From an uncultured virus (IMG/VR IMGVR_UViG_3300046665_000305) (lineage: Duplodnaviria; Heunggongvirae; Uroviricota; Caudoviricetes): a stretch of DNA of 57,575 nucleotides. The stretch lies in IMG/VR virus record IMGVR_UViG_3300046665_000305, positions 62,001 to 119,575 of that record; one strand, written 5' to 3'. How positions within the stretch are numbered: the first letter of the stretch is position 1; the number at the start of each line of letters is the position of its first letter. A program made the position numbers and the translations under genes. This document shows positions 32,487 to 42,731 of this stretch, one piece after another. The notes beneath the pieces are model-generated. The model was given only the letters and a program-made list of their open reading frames with translations. It had not been told where the DNA came from and made no database searches.

Positions 32487-34029
32487 GAAGATTTTTTATT
32501 TCTTTTTGTAGAAAAAACCTCTTTCGTTTCCAGAACAAGCACTTCATCGATTTCGTATTTCTTCGCGATACCCTTTGCCTTTTCGATCATTTCTTCCAGT
32601 GTTGAATTCTCACCACCAAATTCCATGACTGTTTGATGGGCACCTGCAACGATTTTGAAAGACATTTTACCCTCCTCTCAACCAATCATATTAACTGAGC
32701 AAACCTCGTAACCATCCTTTTCGACACGCCGTGCGGCTTGGCTACGATTTGAAGCATGAACCTCAAAGATTTTCTCTTTGAAATTCTTAGTCACTCGGCA
32801 CTGCTTATCCTCGTAGACATAGACTTCGTAAGCGTGACTGCCTTTAGTGTTGGTGTAAGTAGCACGATCCGTAGCCATGTCAACCTCCTAAAACTTAATT
32901 TCTCTGCTTCGATGATTAAGTTTTAGAAGATTTAGATTGCCTTGTCAACAGTTATTTTTATTTAATTCTTTGTTTCCTGATAGACCAGCGTCACACCATT
33001 CATATAGCACAATTGCTCAAGAGACATTGCGCCATTCTGAATTATCGTACCTTCGAAGAAATACCAAATCGAATTAGATGCCAATTCGATTTTGAAATAA
33101 TCTATCTCAGATACGAAACGTGTCCCGGCTGAGCCTTCAACTTCTTTTAAGATTCGCATCATTCACTACCCTGTATAAACAAAGCGATTTTGTTGTCAAC
33201 AGGTTCCTTGGCGATATCGGCTTTAAATCTTTTGATCAAATCAAAATATTCCTGCTGATCATCTTCGTCCCATTTGTCAACATCAGGGCCGTATAGATCA
33301 ACTACCCAATGTCGCGGAGCACTTTCATCCTCCATCAGATAAAGAACGAAATTCCTTTCCGCAATAAGCCGCGCGAATTCTAAATCATGTGCCATGACAA
33401 TGATATGGCCCCAACCGACTCGGCTCAATGCTTCGCAAGTGTTCCAATGAAACAGTTTCATACTACGCCTCCCAATTTCTCATTCAGCATCTTGCGAGCC
33501 TGATCTACTGCTTGCCTCTTCGTGTCCAAAGGATCGGTATAGATATCGCTGGTCCAATCGGCTTTAGCGATCCACATAGGCTTAGTGTCACCGTATGCAG
33601 GATTAGGTTCAACCTCATACACCGAGACCGTGAAGCCACCAGCTGAATACTCATAGCTACCGGCGCAATGCTTTTTGGCTTTCATCCCTCGTATCCTTCT
33701 TTTCCGATCCAGCCAAAACTAGAGGCGCAGAACCGTGTGTCAAGAGCGCAATACGCGTCACTGAATTTACTGGCTTCAAGCGCCACCTTAAGAAGTGTTC
33801 CTTTGTAATCTGATGGACTGTAATGATCCAGCTCTTCCCAATTTTCCTCATTCTTTTTTCGGTAACGAAAACTGCAAAGATCATGACAACCAATCTGAAA
33901 CTCATAGCGAGGAAAGCGCTTATTCCAATCTTCCACCAACTCGACCGTCTCTGTAAGTACGAGAGTGTCTAAAGCGTCTTGAGCCTTTTGAAGCGCTTCT
34001 TCCATGAATTTAGTAGAGCGTTCGAGCAT
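32483..34029 (-). other. six small hypothetical genes (32483-32665, 32678-32878, 32962-33162, 33159-33461, 33458-33685, 33682-34029)
   Basis: packed minus-strand ORFs, several with GGAGG RBS. Confidence 0.7.
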
Positions 34030-34455
34030 GACAAAACCTCCTTACAATTATTTCCTGCAATCTAAGTCATTATAATATACGTGTCAATCACTAAATTTTT
34101 GCACTCAGTGCAAACTTTCACCAATTACAAAGATACATTTAATGTGATTTTACCTGCGCGATTTTAAATTTTTTAAAAGTTAAGCTTTAATTTTTATAAA
34201 CAAAATCGCATTTTTTCCTCCGATTCTTAGGCTATCTTTTAAAAATCCCTAATTTTTGAAGGTTTGAAGCGCTCGATCCATAGCCAACCAGCTATATGTT
34301 CCATTATTTGGAATTTTTTAAAAATTAAACTTCAATTTAAATCAAAAAATAATTGAAAATTGGCGCAACGAGGGCTTGACAAGGCTTTTACATTTTCTTA
34401 CATTCAAATTATAAAGTTTAAACAATTGATTTCTTACTCGAAAAGGAGAATTTGT

Positions 34456-34668
34456 ATGGCACACACAGTTCACATCAATAATTACGTTATGCACTTGGTG
34501 AAGCATCAGCTTGCCGGTTCTGAAAAAGATAATAAGACCCTCACACTCATCTTCTCTCCATACGATAATGACTTTATGTATCGTGTCGAGCAGACCGGCA
34601 CACACGGCTCTTACACTGGCGGATTCGCCACGCTCGATGAAGCCATCCAGCAGTACAATCAACTTTAA
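34456..34668 (+). CDS. hypothetical protein
   Basis: promoter at 34376, AAGGAG RBS. Confidence 0.7.
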   Translation: MAHTVHINNYVMHLVKHQLAGSEKDNKTLTLIFSPYDNDFMYRVEQTGTHGSYTGGFATLDEAIQQYNQL

Positions 34669-34723
34669 AAAATGTGAGCTTCCCACTTCACATCTCTCTA
34701 ATATGAATAACGAAGGAGACAAA

Positions 34724-34924
34724 ATGGATCAGACAATCAAATTCAAATGGTGGGACAATACCGTTCATACCGAAAAAGATTTCACAATGCATTCACCTGT
34801 GATCCCGCCTATTGGATCAACAGTTTCTATCCCCGATAAAGTAGGCAGAGTTACGTCTATACATTTCATCCACTCGCCTTACGATGGATGGGACGTGGTA
34901 GTGATCGAACTTCTTGCCGTTTAA
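34724..34924 (+). CDS. hypothetical protein resembling 13194-13394
   Basis: AAGGAG RBS; P..G..V.I...G.V..(V/I)H pattern. Confidence 0.6.
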   Translation: MDQTIKFKWWDNTVHTEKDFTMHSPVIPPIGSTVSIPDKVGRVTSIHFIHSPYDGWDVVVIELLAV

Positions 34925-35213
34925 GGGACCCACTAAAAATTTAACCTAGGCCAGCCTACCGCTGGCCTTTTTCATGTCATCAATCTTGTAAGAAAATATT
35001 ATCTGTCCTCAGTCCTAGGACAAAGGACACCTGAATGTTTTCCTATTCACATATAGCTAATATGCTAAGTATGTTGATTTTATTGAATTTATTTTCTTAC
35101 AAGTTTCGATGTAATATTCTCGCACTTTCCTTACAATTCCCCTTGACAGGGGACTCCGCTCGGCTTATTGTGAATTTATTAAAGATTATGGACTACAAAA
35201 GCAGGAGGTTCTG

Positions 35214-35402
35214 ATGAGAAAGATTGGCGATTCAGTGAGCGTTAAGAATGCTCTTACCAAGGATTTTGAGAACGGCATCGTTGTCGATCATAAGACCAGC
35301 TTCGGAGAGACTTCATATTACGTTAGGCGTGAACGTGATGGTGTCAGGGGCTGGCACCATAGCAGCGAAACACGTGATCCGATTGGGGAGGATGCAGAAT
35401 GA
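35214..35402 (+). CDS. small hypothetical protein
   Basis: AGGAGG RBS. Confidence 0.65.
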   Translation: MRKIGDSVSVKNALTKDFENGIVVDHKTSFGETSYYVRRERDGVRGWHHSSETRDPIGEDAE

Positions 35403-35611
35403 AAATATTTCTCGTAACTGCTCATTATACCCGCAATGAATATTGCGACACGACAAAAAATCATGGTGTATTCTCCTCCAATGAGAAGGCCGTCAAAGCT
35501 CTAAGGAAGGTCGAGGAGCATTATAAAGAAGATCGTCACACTCGTTACGAGTCCTTTGTCTACGCAGAGATAGATGAGCGGGAACTGGACTCATTTGTTT
35601 TCGAAGACTGA
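35399..35611 (+). CDS. small hypothetical protein
   Basis: GGAGG RBS. Confidence 0.65.
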   Translation: MKIFLVTAHYTRNEYCDTTKNHGVFSSNEKAVKALRKVEEHYKEDRHTRYESFVYAEIDERELDSFVFED

Positions 35612-35726
35612 AAAATAATCTACAAAACTTAAAAATACCGCTTGACGAAGTAAGAAAAGAATACTAGATTAAGGTCATTGAAACGGACAAGAAAGTCCAT
35701 CAACCAACTGAAAAGGAGATTACATC

Positions 35727-35978
35727 ATGGCTCGCAAGGAACTTCGCACCAACCCCGGCATCGTGGCTCAGCTTAAGGCCCTCCTGACCAATCAGGATGT
35801 TGTGCCTTACGCGGTTAAACAGGAACTGATCGACCTCGGCTACATCGCTGAAAAGGAACGCGTTACCACGGAAGCTATTAAGGCCGCGACTCGGGGCCGC
35901 AAGAAGATCGTCTATGGCGCAACGGCTCGCGGCAAGCAGCTGATCAACCTGAGCAAGTCTTGGAAGTCTGTTGCTTGA
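35727..35978 (+). CDS. basic winged-helix-like protein
   Basis: LIDLGYI...RGRKKIVYGATARGK wing-like motif; own promoter and terminator. Confidence 0.6.
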   Translation: MARKELRTNPGIVAQLKALLTNQDVVPYAVKQELIDLGYIAEKERVTTEAIKAATRGRKKIVYGATARGKQLINLSKSWKSVA

Positions 35979-36016
35979 ATCACTCAGGCGCTGCGTTAAT
36001 CAATATAATAAGTCAA

Positions 36017-36046
36017 GGTCCGGTAGAGTAATCCACCGGACTTTTT
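36017..36046 (+). terminator. rho-independent terminator
   Basis: GTCCGGT/ACCGGAC hairpin plus T-run. Confidence 0.7.
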
Positions 36047-36149
36047 CTATGATTTTCACTTTACCTTACATCTAACATATGTTAAAACGACTCATAGTGG
36101 CATTGTTCCTCCAATTAATTGGAAGAACAGTATTTGGGGGAGTTGACCA

Positions 36150-36362
36150 ATGTATTCAGTGAGGGACAGCGATAATAATACTATCATCAAAACGGCAGAC
36201 CTTGATCTGGCTGAGCTTGTCGTGCTGGCATGCTCGCTCGCTAGGGGTAGGTTCCATAAGGTCATGGACGAGGCAGGGACCCATGAAAAATTTCGTCAGG
36301 GTCAGGGACCCTCAGAAAATTTGGAAAGGGCCTACTTGTCACACAGAAAAATCACGATTTAG
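36150..36362 (+). CDS. hypothetical protein
   Basis: GGGGAG RBS. Confidence 0.5.
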   Translation: MYSVRDSDNNTIIKTADLDLAELVVLACSLARGRFHKVMDEAGTHEKFRQGQGPSENLERAYLSHRKITI

Positions 36363-36375
36363 GATTTGCTAATCT

Positions 36376-36606
36376 ATGGGAGAACAAAAGATGATTTACA
36401 ACAAATATGTCGCGTTTGGCATTACTGGTGGCGCAATCAGAGTAACTAAGCCGTACCGGGAGATCAAACAGGCAACACGAGACTTCTTCAAGGAGTATCC
36501 CGGCGCTGAACACTGCACCGTGCGTCGTGTCGCGGTTCGGCTCAGTGGCGAGACGGTAAACGATCCTGAATTCGAAGCGAGACGCGTTTCGAAAATTAAC
36601 GCTTGA
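36376..36606 (+). CDS. hypothetical protein
   Basis: ORF with RBS (start may be 36391). Confidence 0.55.
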   Translation: MGEQKMIYNKYVAFGITGGAIRVTKPYREIKQATRDFFKEYPGAEHCTVRRVAVRLSGETVNDPEFEARRVSKINA

Positions 36607-36631
36607 CAGAATCATTTAGGTCAAGTACACA

Positions 36632-36998
36632 AGTGGCATGATTGGAACGAACCTCTAACTAATGTTTGCAGCATTAGTGATTGTAACGAGTCATAGAGGC
36701 ATCGTATGAGATGATGATGGTTCAATTTCTAGGAAGCCGTGAACTGCAACAAGCGGCTTGACGGTGGCGAACCTAACAGACTTTCAATCATAATTGGTGC
36801 GCAGGTTAAAGCCCTGCTATGTTGGATTTGTAACCTCTTTCTCTTCATACACCTAGAACGTGGCATCATTTTTAATCTTTATCGCAGAAACAGCATTTGG
36901 TTTCAACCTCTTTACCAAATGCTGCTAAGAACCGGCTCATCTCTCCCATGACGCGATCCTCCTTATCGCATCACGCGGATCGAGAGAGCCGGTTTTTT
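36632..36998 (+). ncRNA. candidate phage sRNA with anti-SD hairpin loops
   Basis: TTGACA at 36603, successive stem-loops, GCGAT-CCTCCTT-ATCGC, closing CCGGCTC/GAGCCGG stem plus T-run. Confidence 0.55.
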
Positions 36999-37150
36999 CA
37001 TTCATCACAGACTCGTAATTTTTTTATCACGAGAGTCCATTTTTCCCTCATCACAATGTCCCATTTTTTCTGGCGCGAACCGGCGATTTTTGGCACGCCA
37101 GCGTTTCAATTTTATTTAAAATTATTTCAAAAATTTCTATGAATCGAGGG

Positions 37151-37291
37151 GAACAAAACCAGAACATTTGGCACGTTCTTGGTTTGTTCACGATTTGTTT
37201 CACCGTTCCCTTTTTGTTACAGTTTTGTTCCCTAAATGTTATATCTTTGTTCCCGTTTTGTTTCAGTTCATGGTTCGTTCCCTCTATGTTC
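37151..37291. promoter_or_regulatory. tandem array of alphaproteobacterial LexA (SOS) box-like sites
   Basis: GAAC/GTTC-type half-sites at exact 11-bp spacing: 37151,37162; 37175,37186,37197; 37205-37260 (six); 37266,37277,37288. Confidence 0.8.
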
Positions 37292-37502
37292 CGTTCTTTG
37301 AAGCGGGCAGGTTCGCCGTTCCCATCCTCGGCCCCGCCCTTCGGGCTTTTGCGGCGTCTTTGAATTGTTTTTAGAATATGATGATTCTGACATGTAGTCA
37401 ATAGAAAAATAGCACGAAATAAAATTATTTTTATAAAGATTTCCGCTTGACTCCGTTTCCTTACATGTCATTATGTATGCATCAACAAGAGGAGCAAACG
37501 GC

Positions 37503-37721
37503 ATGACACTTTTGGTAACTGGCTACAAGAGCAAGAAAGAGCTTAAAGAGGCGACGGGCAAGCCGCTTAAGTATCGCGAAACATCTATGTTTGGCGAAGA
37601 ATTCAAAGCCAATGGCTCTTTCGTTGTGGCGCATAGACCGGCAATCAATCCGCATATCGGCGGCAGGGAATTTTTCGCAAAGGTCACGATGCGCGACGGC
37701 TTGATTGCAAAGGTCGAATAA
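37503..37721 (+). CDS. conserved small phage protein (YKSKKELKE...GREFFAKVTMRDG)
   Basis: promoter at 37447, GAGGAG RBS. Confidence 0.8.
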   Translation: MTLLVTGYKSKKELKEATGKPLKYRETSMFGEEFKANGSFVVAHRPAINPHIGGREFFAKVTMRDGLIAKVE

Positions 37722-37723
37722 CC

Positions 37724-38281
37724 TTACCTGCCATGATTGACATGAAAGCCGTTGATAATCTCAGCGGCTTTTCTTGCTGCAATAGCCTCTTCTTTAGAAG
37801 AAAAATATCCAATAGTTTTAGATTTACCATCAATACCAATAACGGCGCGCCAAGGCTTTGAAATTAAATCTTTCCTTAATGAAACCCCCATGACTTTACT
37901 AGGATTTTCTCGTTTAATTTTTTGGTTTTTCATATTTTCACTAAACGTTACATCCCTCAAATTGTCTATATGATTGTTTAAAGGATTTCCGTCTATATGG
38001 TCAATATATTGAGGATCGTAACCATGAATCATTTTCCAGATAATTCTATGCGTTAAGTATTGCTCTTTAAATATATGACCGTGCAAATAACCTTTCGAGC
38101 TTATAGTATCAAATGCGGGCTTTCCTGCATCTCTGCTATTGTAGCGCTTCGCGGCTAACTCTGGATTGTTTCCAGCAAAATATTTTACAGGTCTTACTTT
38201 CCAATATAAAGTAAAATCCTCTTTCAATTCTAACAAGTCGTACAAAGTTTCAATGTTTGGTAAAGGCTTAGGTAAATTCAT
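37724..38281 (-). CDS. HNH homing endonuclease with AP2-like C-terminal domain
   Basis: HRIIW...IDHIDGNPLNNHIDNLR...N; GVS...WRAVIG...IGYF; AT-rich; antisense to neighbours. Confidence 0.9.
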   Translation of the reverse strand: MNLPKPLPNIETLYDLLELKEDFTLYWKVRPVKYFAGNNPELAAKRYNSRDAGKPAFDTISSKGYLHGHIFKEQYLTHRIIWKMIHGYDPQYIDHIDGNPLNNHIDNLRDVTFSENMKNQKIKRENPSKVMGVSLRKDLISKPWRAVIGIDGKSKTIGYFSSKEEAIAARKAAEIINGFHVNHGR

Positions 38282-38429
38282 AACATTTCTCAAATTTGAC
38301 AAAAAATAAAGTGTACCATACATTTTATATAAAGTCAATATATAAAAAATTAAAATTCACTCTTGACCATACTTTTTATTACATCTAAGTTGACTGCAAT
38401 GGAGCACGTTTCACATAGGAGCTAAGGCA

Positions 38430-39023
38430 ATGCCGGAAACAATCGAGACAACGGTTTTCACATACAATGAATTAAGCGAGTCGGCAAAGAACAGGGCAAG
38501 AGATTGGTTTTATCAGGCTGGCGCGCTACATGATGATTGGTTTGATGCAGTCTATGAAGACGCCAAAACCGTTGGCGCTCTTATGGGAATCACAATCGAC
38601 AAAATCTATTTTACAGGCTTTAGCTCGCAAGGCGATGGAGCTTGCTTTGAAGGTAGTTACGAATATGCAAAAGGCGCTGTTAAGGCCGTAGCCGACTATG
38701 CGCCGCAAGATGAAACATTGCCGCGCATTGCTAGGGCTTTGCAGGAAACGCAACGTAAGGCGTTCTATCGCCTTTCTGCTAAGGTGACACATAGCGGCCA
38801 TTACTATCATTCCCGTTGCACTTCGATTCACGTCTTCAATCAAAGCGATTGGGCTGAATCAGATATCGATGAATCAATCTCCGAAACGTTGCGGGATTTC
38901 ATGGACTGGATTTACAATCAACTGGAACGCGACCACGATTATTTGACAAGTCAAGAGGTAGTGGAAGAATCTATAATCGCTAATGGCTATACGTTTACGG
39001 CAGATGGAACGCGATTCGGGTAA
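38430..39023 (+). CDS. conserved acidic phage protein (FTYNELSESAK..AR; GFSSQGDGA)
   Basis: 197-aa ORF with AGGAG RBS. Confidence 0.8.
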   Translation: MPETIETTVFTYNELSESAKNRARDWFYQAGALHDDWFDAVYEDAKTVGALMGITIDKIYFTGFSSQGDGACFEGSYEYAKGAVKAVADYAPQDETLPRIARALQETQRKAFYRLSAKVTHSGHYYHSRCTSIHVFNQSDWAESDIDESISETLRDFMDWIYNQLERDHDYLTSQEVVEESIIANGYTFTADGTRFG

Positions 39024-39114
39024 AATAAAAAAATTCAAAAAAGCCTCTTGACGTTTCCCGAATGTAAGAATATGTTTAGGTCACAGTCAATCAACGCCTT
39101 AAGGAGTTTGGGCC

Positions 39115-39357
39115 ATGGCTTTCGCGTCTAGCACAATGTCGCCTGAAGAATTGGATTTTCTTTATCAGCAATCTTTAGATGCGGAGAAGTTTGACGCGGC
39201 TATTGATTGGGCGTCGGATGAATACGACATTGAATGTTTGGACGATTGGCAGGAATTCGACATTCCAGAACCGGAATGGACATATGAAGATGAAGCGGCG
39301 TTAGAAGATTGGGAGGAAAAACGCCGCGTCAAAATAGCGGAGCGGAATGAATATTAA
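39115..39357 (+). CDS. very acidic small protein (DNA-mimic candidate)
   Basis: 26 D/E versus 6 K/R in 80 aa. Confidence 0.7.
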   Translation: MAFASSTMSPEELDFLYQQSLDAEKFDAAIDWASDEYDIECLDDWQEFDIPEPEWTYEDEAALEDWEEKRRVKIAERNEY

Positions 39358-39416
39358 GCCTTAAAATTTCCTGCCCTATAGGGGCAGGATTCTTTAACGC
39401 TTAAGGAGCGCAAACC

Positions 39417-41734
39417 ATGCCTGATACGTCAGTACACTACGAAATGACCTATGAAGAATATCGCGCCAATGTAGGCTATAAATGCCATAGCGATTGGCTG
39501 GCATGTCCTGAAAAGCTTTGCAGGACTGGCAATTTCCACGCCAAGGGAACGCTACTTGTTGAACGCGTTACTTGCGAGGAATGCAGCAAACGTTTGAAGC
39601 TTAGGAGCTAAGACCATGTTCATTTCGATCTATCACAATCAAAGCGGGACTCAGGAATTGTTGCGCCGCCTTGCGCCAAACGAGTCAATTGATCCTGAAT
39701 TCCATTGCAGGAAATGGGCCATGGCAAACGACGTAACGATTGCAACGCCTAATGGCTATATTTATCGCGGTTGCGCTGAATATTACGCTGAGACGCGCCA
39801 CACTAAAGAGGCGACCGGTTCTTGCTGGAAATCGTTTGATTTTTATCTAGAAAGTGAAGAATAGCGCTTGACTTGAATCTTTAATAGGTTCAATGTAAGG
39901 AAAGATTAAACAGGAGCTAAGGCCATGACAAAACATCGCTGGAATTATTTGGGTGATACTGACTTGCGTTACGGCGGGTATTTCTGGAAAGAAGACGATG
40001 CAGAGGATTATGTTCTTTGTGTTGATGTTATCCCTTGTAGTGATGCAGGCGGCGCGGATAACAAATTCGTCATTGAATGGGGCAATATCTATTTGCCTAT
40101 CGATGACGCGGCAAAGCTCAAGAGTGCGCTTGCGTCTTGCGGCTTGACGCCCGAAACCGCAACGCGCGCTGATATTGTTGACGCGTTCAAATTCTATCAT
40201 GGCTTGGATGATAGAATGTCGCGTTGTGTCCAAATCGGCAAAGCCGAAGATGAAAATCCTAACGGGTGGAATCCCGAAACTGATATACAGTTGCGCTCCA
40301 ATGCAAAGTTGAAAAACTTTGTGAAGCGGGAATTTTTGTCATGATATATTATATAATCTTCGGAATTGATAAAAACGGCTTGGCATACACATTTGCCAAT
40401 GAAACGATTAGTTGGACTTTAAGAGGAGTCCGGCGCGAAACGCAATGTTTCGGTTTGTGTGAAGTAAGAGCATGGGACGGTGAATTAGACTATACCGTTA
40501 CATATTCTTGGAATCCGGTTGATGGTTATGTTTTTTGATCCTACTGGATCAATCGCAGAAAGTTATAAAAAGACTTGACTTGAATCTTTAATAGGTTCAA
40601 TGTAAGGAAATGTTGTTCAAACAAGTTTGAGCAACATTAATCGAAACGCCTAAAGGAGTTAGGCCAATGAGAGTCCTGCACATTCCGACTGCCAAGCCAA
40701 TCAATGCTTGCGTCAAGTTTGATTACAAAGGCTATGAAATAAGCCTTTCGACTGACTCTAATCCACAAAGGCCATGGCTTGCCGTCTTCAATGGTGAAAG
40801 CAATTCGCCTCTTTTCATCTGCGAACAAGCCGATATGCTTGATGCAATCGATCAAGCAAAAGCTTTCATCGATGCAGCGATTAAGGAGCAAAGCTAATGG
40901 ACGTAACTTGCACTCGACTCGCCAATGGCGATTTGAATATTACTCTTTCGGACAATGATAGCCGCGAAGAATTGATTGACGCCATGGAAGGCGCAAGGGA
41001 ATTTTGGAGCATTCTTTGCGACTTGTTCGAATCCTACTCCTGCAACGGCTCTTACACGCCTTTCGACGCTGGCGACGGGAATCCATTCGTCGGATTGACA
41101 AACGCGCCATGCATAGCCGAGTGCATGGATTATGAAGACGATGGGACGCAAACAATTGAAGGCGATTTTTGGTATTACGCGGATTATCAAATCCGTTGCC
41201 CATTGGAAGAATTGCTGGCGAACGATTCCGTTGTCTTCACTCTTGCACGTTAACCTTTCCTTCATACCTTGCCGCTATATTATCCCTCATAGCAATCACG
41301 CTATGAGGGATAAAGCCATGACAAACCGTCGCAATAACGTTTCTCAAATTAATTCGAAAAACGTTGTCAAGGAAATCAATCTTGACGCGTTCGAATTCAT
41401 CGCGAAACGTAACGCCGAAATAATGATGTGCTATTGCTTAATTTTTATAACTTTGATTTTCTCTATTGCAAGCCTTGCCGGTCTTTGCTATAGATATGAA
41501 GCAATCAAATCAGCACTAGGGCTTTAAGGAGCTAAGCAGATGACAAGGCGGGAGTTTTTTAAAGACGTAAAGACTTGGAAAGGAGCGGAATTGCGTTGTG
41601 CTGTAATTGGCAACAAGCGTGCCGTTTCCTATCGGGAATTCACCCGTAACGTGATGATTAACGCACAAACCATGTTTGTGAAATCCGCTCTTATGGCAAC
41701 GCGTCATAATCGTTCGATAACAGTAGAGCTTTGA
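39417..41734 (+). other. small early genes (39417-39611, 39616-39864, 39925-40344, 40341-40538, 40667-40897, 40897-41253, 41318-41527, 41540-41734)
   Basis: most have AGGAG(CTA) RBS; duplicated promoter at 39867 and 40574. Confidence 0.75.
39867..40610 (+). repeat. 37-bp exact duplicated promoter CTTGACTTGAATCTTTAATAGGTTCAATGTAAGGAAA (39867-39903, 40574-40610)
   Basis: exact direct repeat. Confidence 0.9.
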
Positions 41735-41907
41735 GGAGCTAGGTAATGAATCCGCATATCTTGGAAAATGCTGCTATCTATGTCAATGCATATCGTAACA
41801 GGATAGGCGTTATGGATAGCGCAGCTAGAGCAACGTTACGCAATCATGTGACGCGTTTGTTTGGCGCGACATATGCCGCTATTTTGGTTAATTGAAAAAT
41901 TTAATTT

Positions 41908-41939
41908 GACTAGCGCGACGAATCGCGCTAGTCTTTTTT
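41908..41939 (+). terminator. rho-independent terminator
   Basis: GACTAGCGCGA/TCGCGCTAGTC hairpin plus TTTTTT. Confidence 0.85.
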
Positions 41940-41948
41940 CAATCCGTG

Positions 41949-41999
41949 GGATGGGAACGGCGAACCTGCAATATTTTTAAAACGGAACATATGTGGAAC
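41949..41999 (+). repeat. inverted copy of the 37277-37327 module (21-bp element plus LexA-like box)
   Basis: GGATGGGAACGGCGAACCTGC is the exact reverse complement of 37307-37327; GAAC-N7-GAAC at 41985-41999. Confidence 0.85.
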
Positions 42000-42688
42000 A
42001 AAAAGCGGCAAATTATTTTAAAAATTACAGTTGACTAGCGTTTTGTTTTTCCTTACATTGTGATTATCGAAACAAGGAGTCGAGCTAATGGCGAAATTTG
42101 ATCCATTCAAAAATCTCAATTGCCGCTATGGTGCGCCAATGGGGCGGCATGGCCATAACGCTGACTCGTGGGATGGCTACGGGAAATTGTATGCCAGACA
42201 TTGCGGCGGCGATGGCTATTACGACAAAGGCGGCGCATATTGGGGACATAGCAGAGTGTTTGCGGTTTGGACTCGCGGCGGCGTATGGTGCGCCTATGTT
42301 GAGGCTAGCAGCAAAGAATCAGCGATTAACAAAGTCAAAACACTTTGTGCAACTGAGGAATAAAGACAATGGCAAGAGTCCATAGCAGAACGGATTTTCA
42401 GTTTGAAGTTGTCAAAGGATATCCGCGTTTTTGTCGCGCCGCCTATGCCGTGATTATCACACAATCAACGGCTTATCCCGATGAACGTTGCTTGTACCAT
42501 ATCGAGACCTTCTATGGTGACAATGGCGTCAAGTTGCGTGCCGAGGCGCGGCGCTACGGTCGCGCCATTGTAACAGGCAAACGCGGCGTAGAACGCTACC
42601 GCGACCAATATTTGCCTACCATATTCCCTTACAAGGATTTGCCGAAACGAGAAAATGAGGTAGAAATCCGTTAAATTAAAAAAGCCTA

Positions 42689-42731
42689 TTGACCATGTAA
42701 GGAAAAGCGTTTAAGTTCCTTACATGGTCAA
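42689..42731 (+). promoter_or_regulatory. palindromic promoter cassette, copy 1
   Basis: TTGACCATGTAAGGAA-N11-TTCCTTACATGGTCAA; TTGACC-N17-TAAGTT. Confidence 0.85.

Noticed and set aside
36733..36770. Group II intron domain V-like hairpin (AGCCGT...ACGGT)
   Set aside because: Pairing is imperfect, there is no GNRA loop, no domain VI or RT gene, and an alternative AAGCCG/CGGCTT stem fits better.
37091..37185. sigma54 promoters at TGGCACG
   Set aside because: No -12 TTGC at the required spacing.
37051..37504. ORFs 37051-37401, 37139-37363, 37168-37374 and 37268-37504
   Set aside because: Biased F/V/C or N/K/E composition generated by the GTTC array; no convincing RBS.
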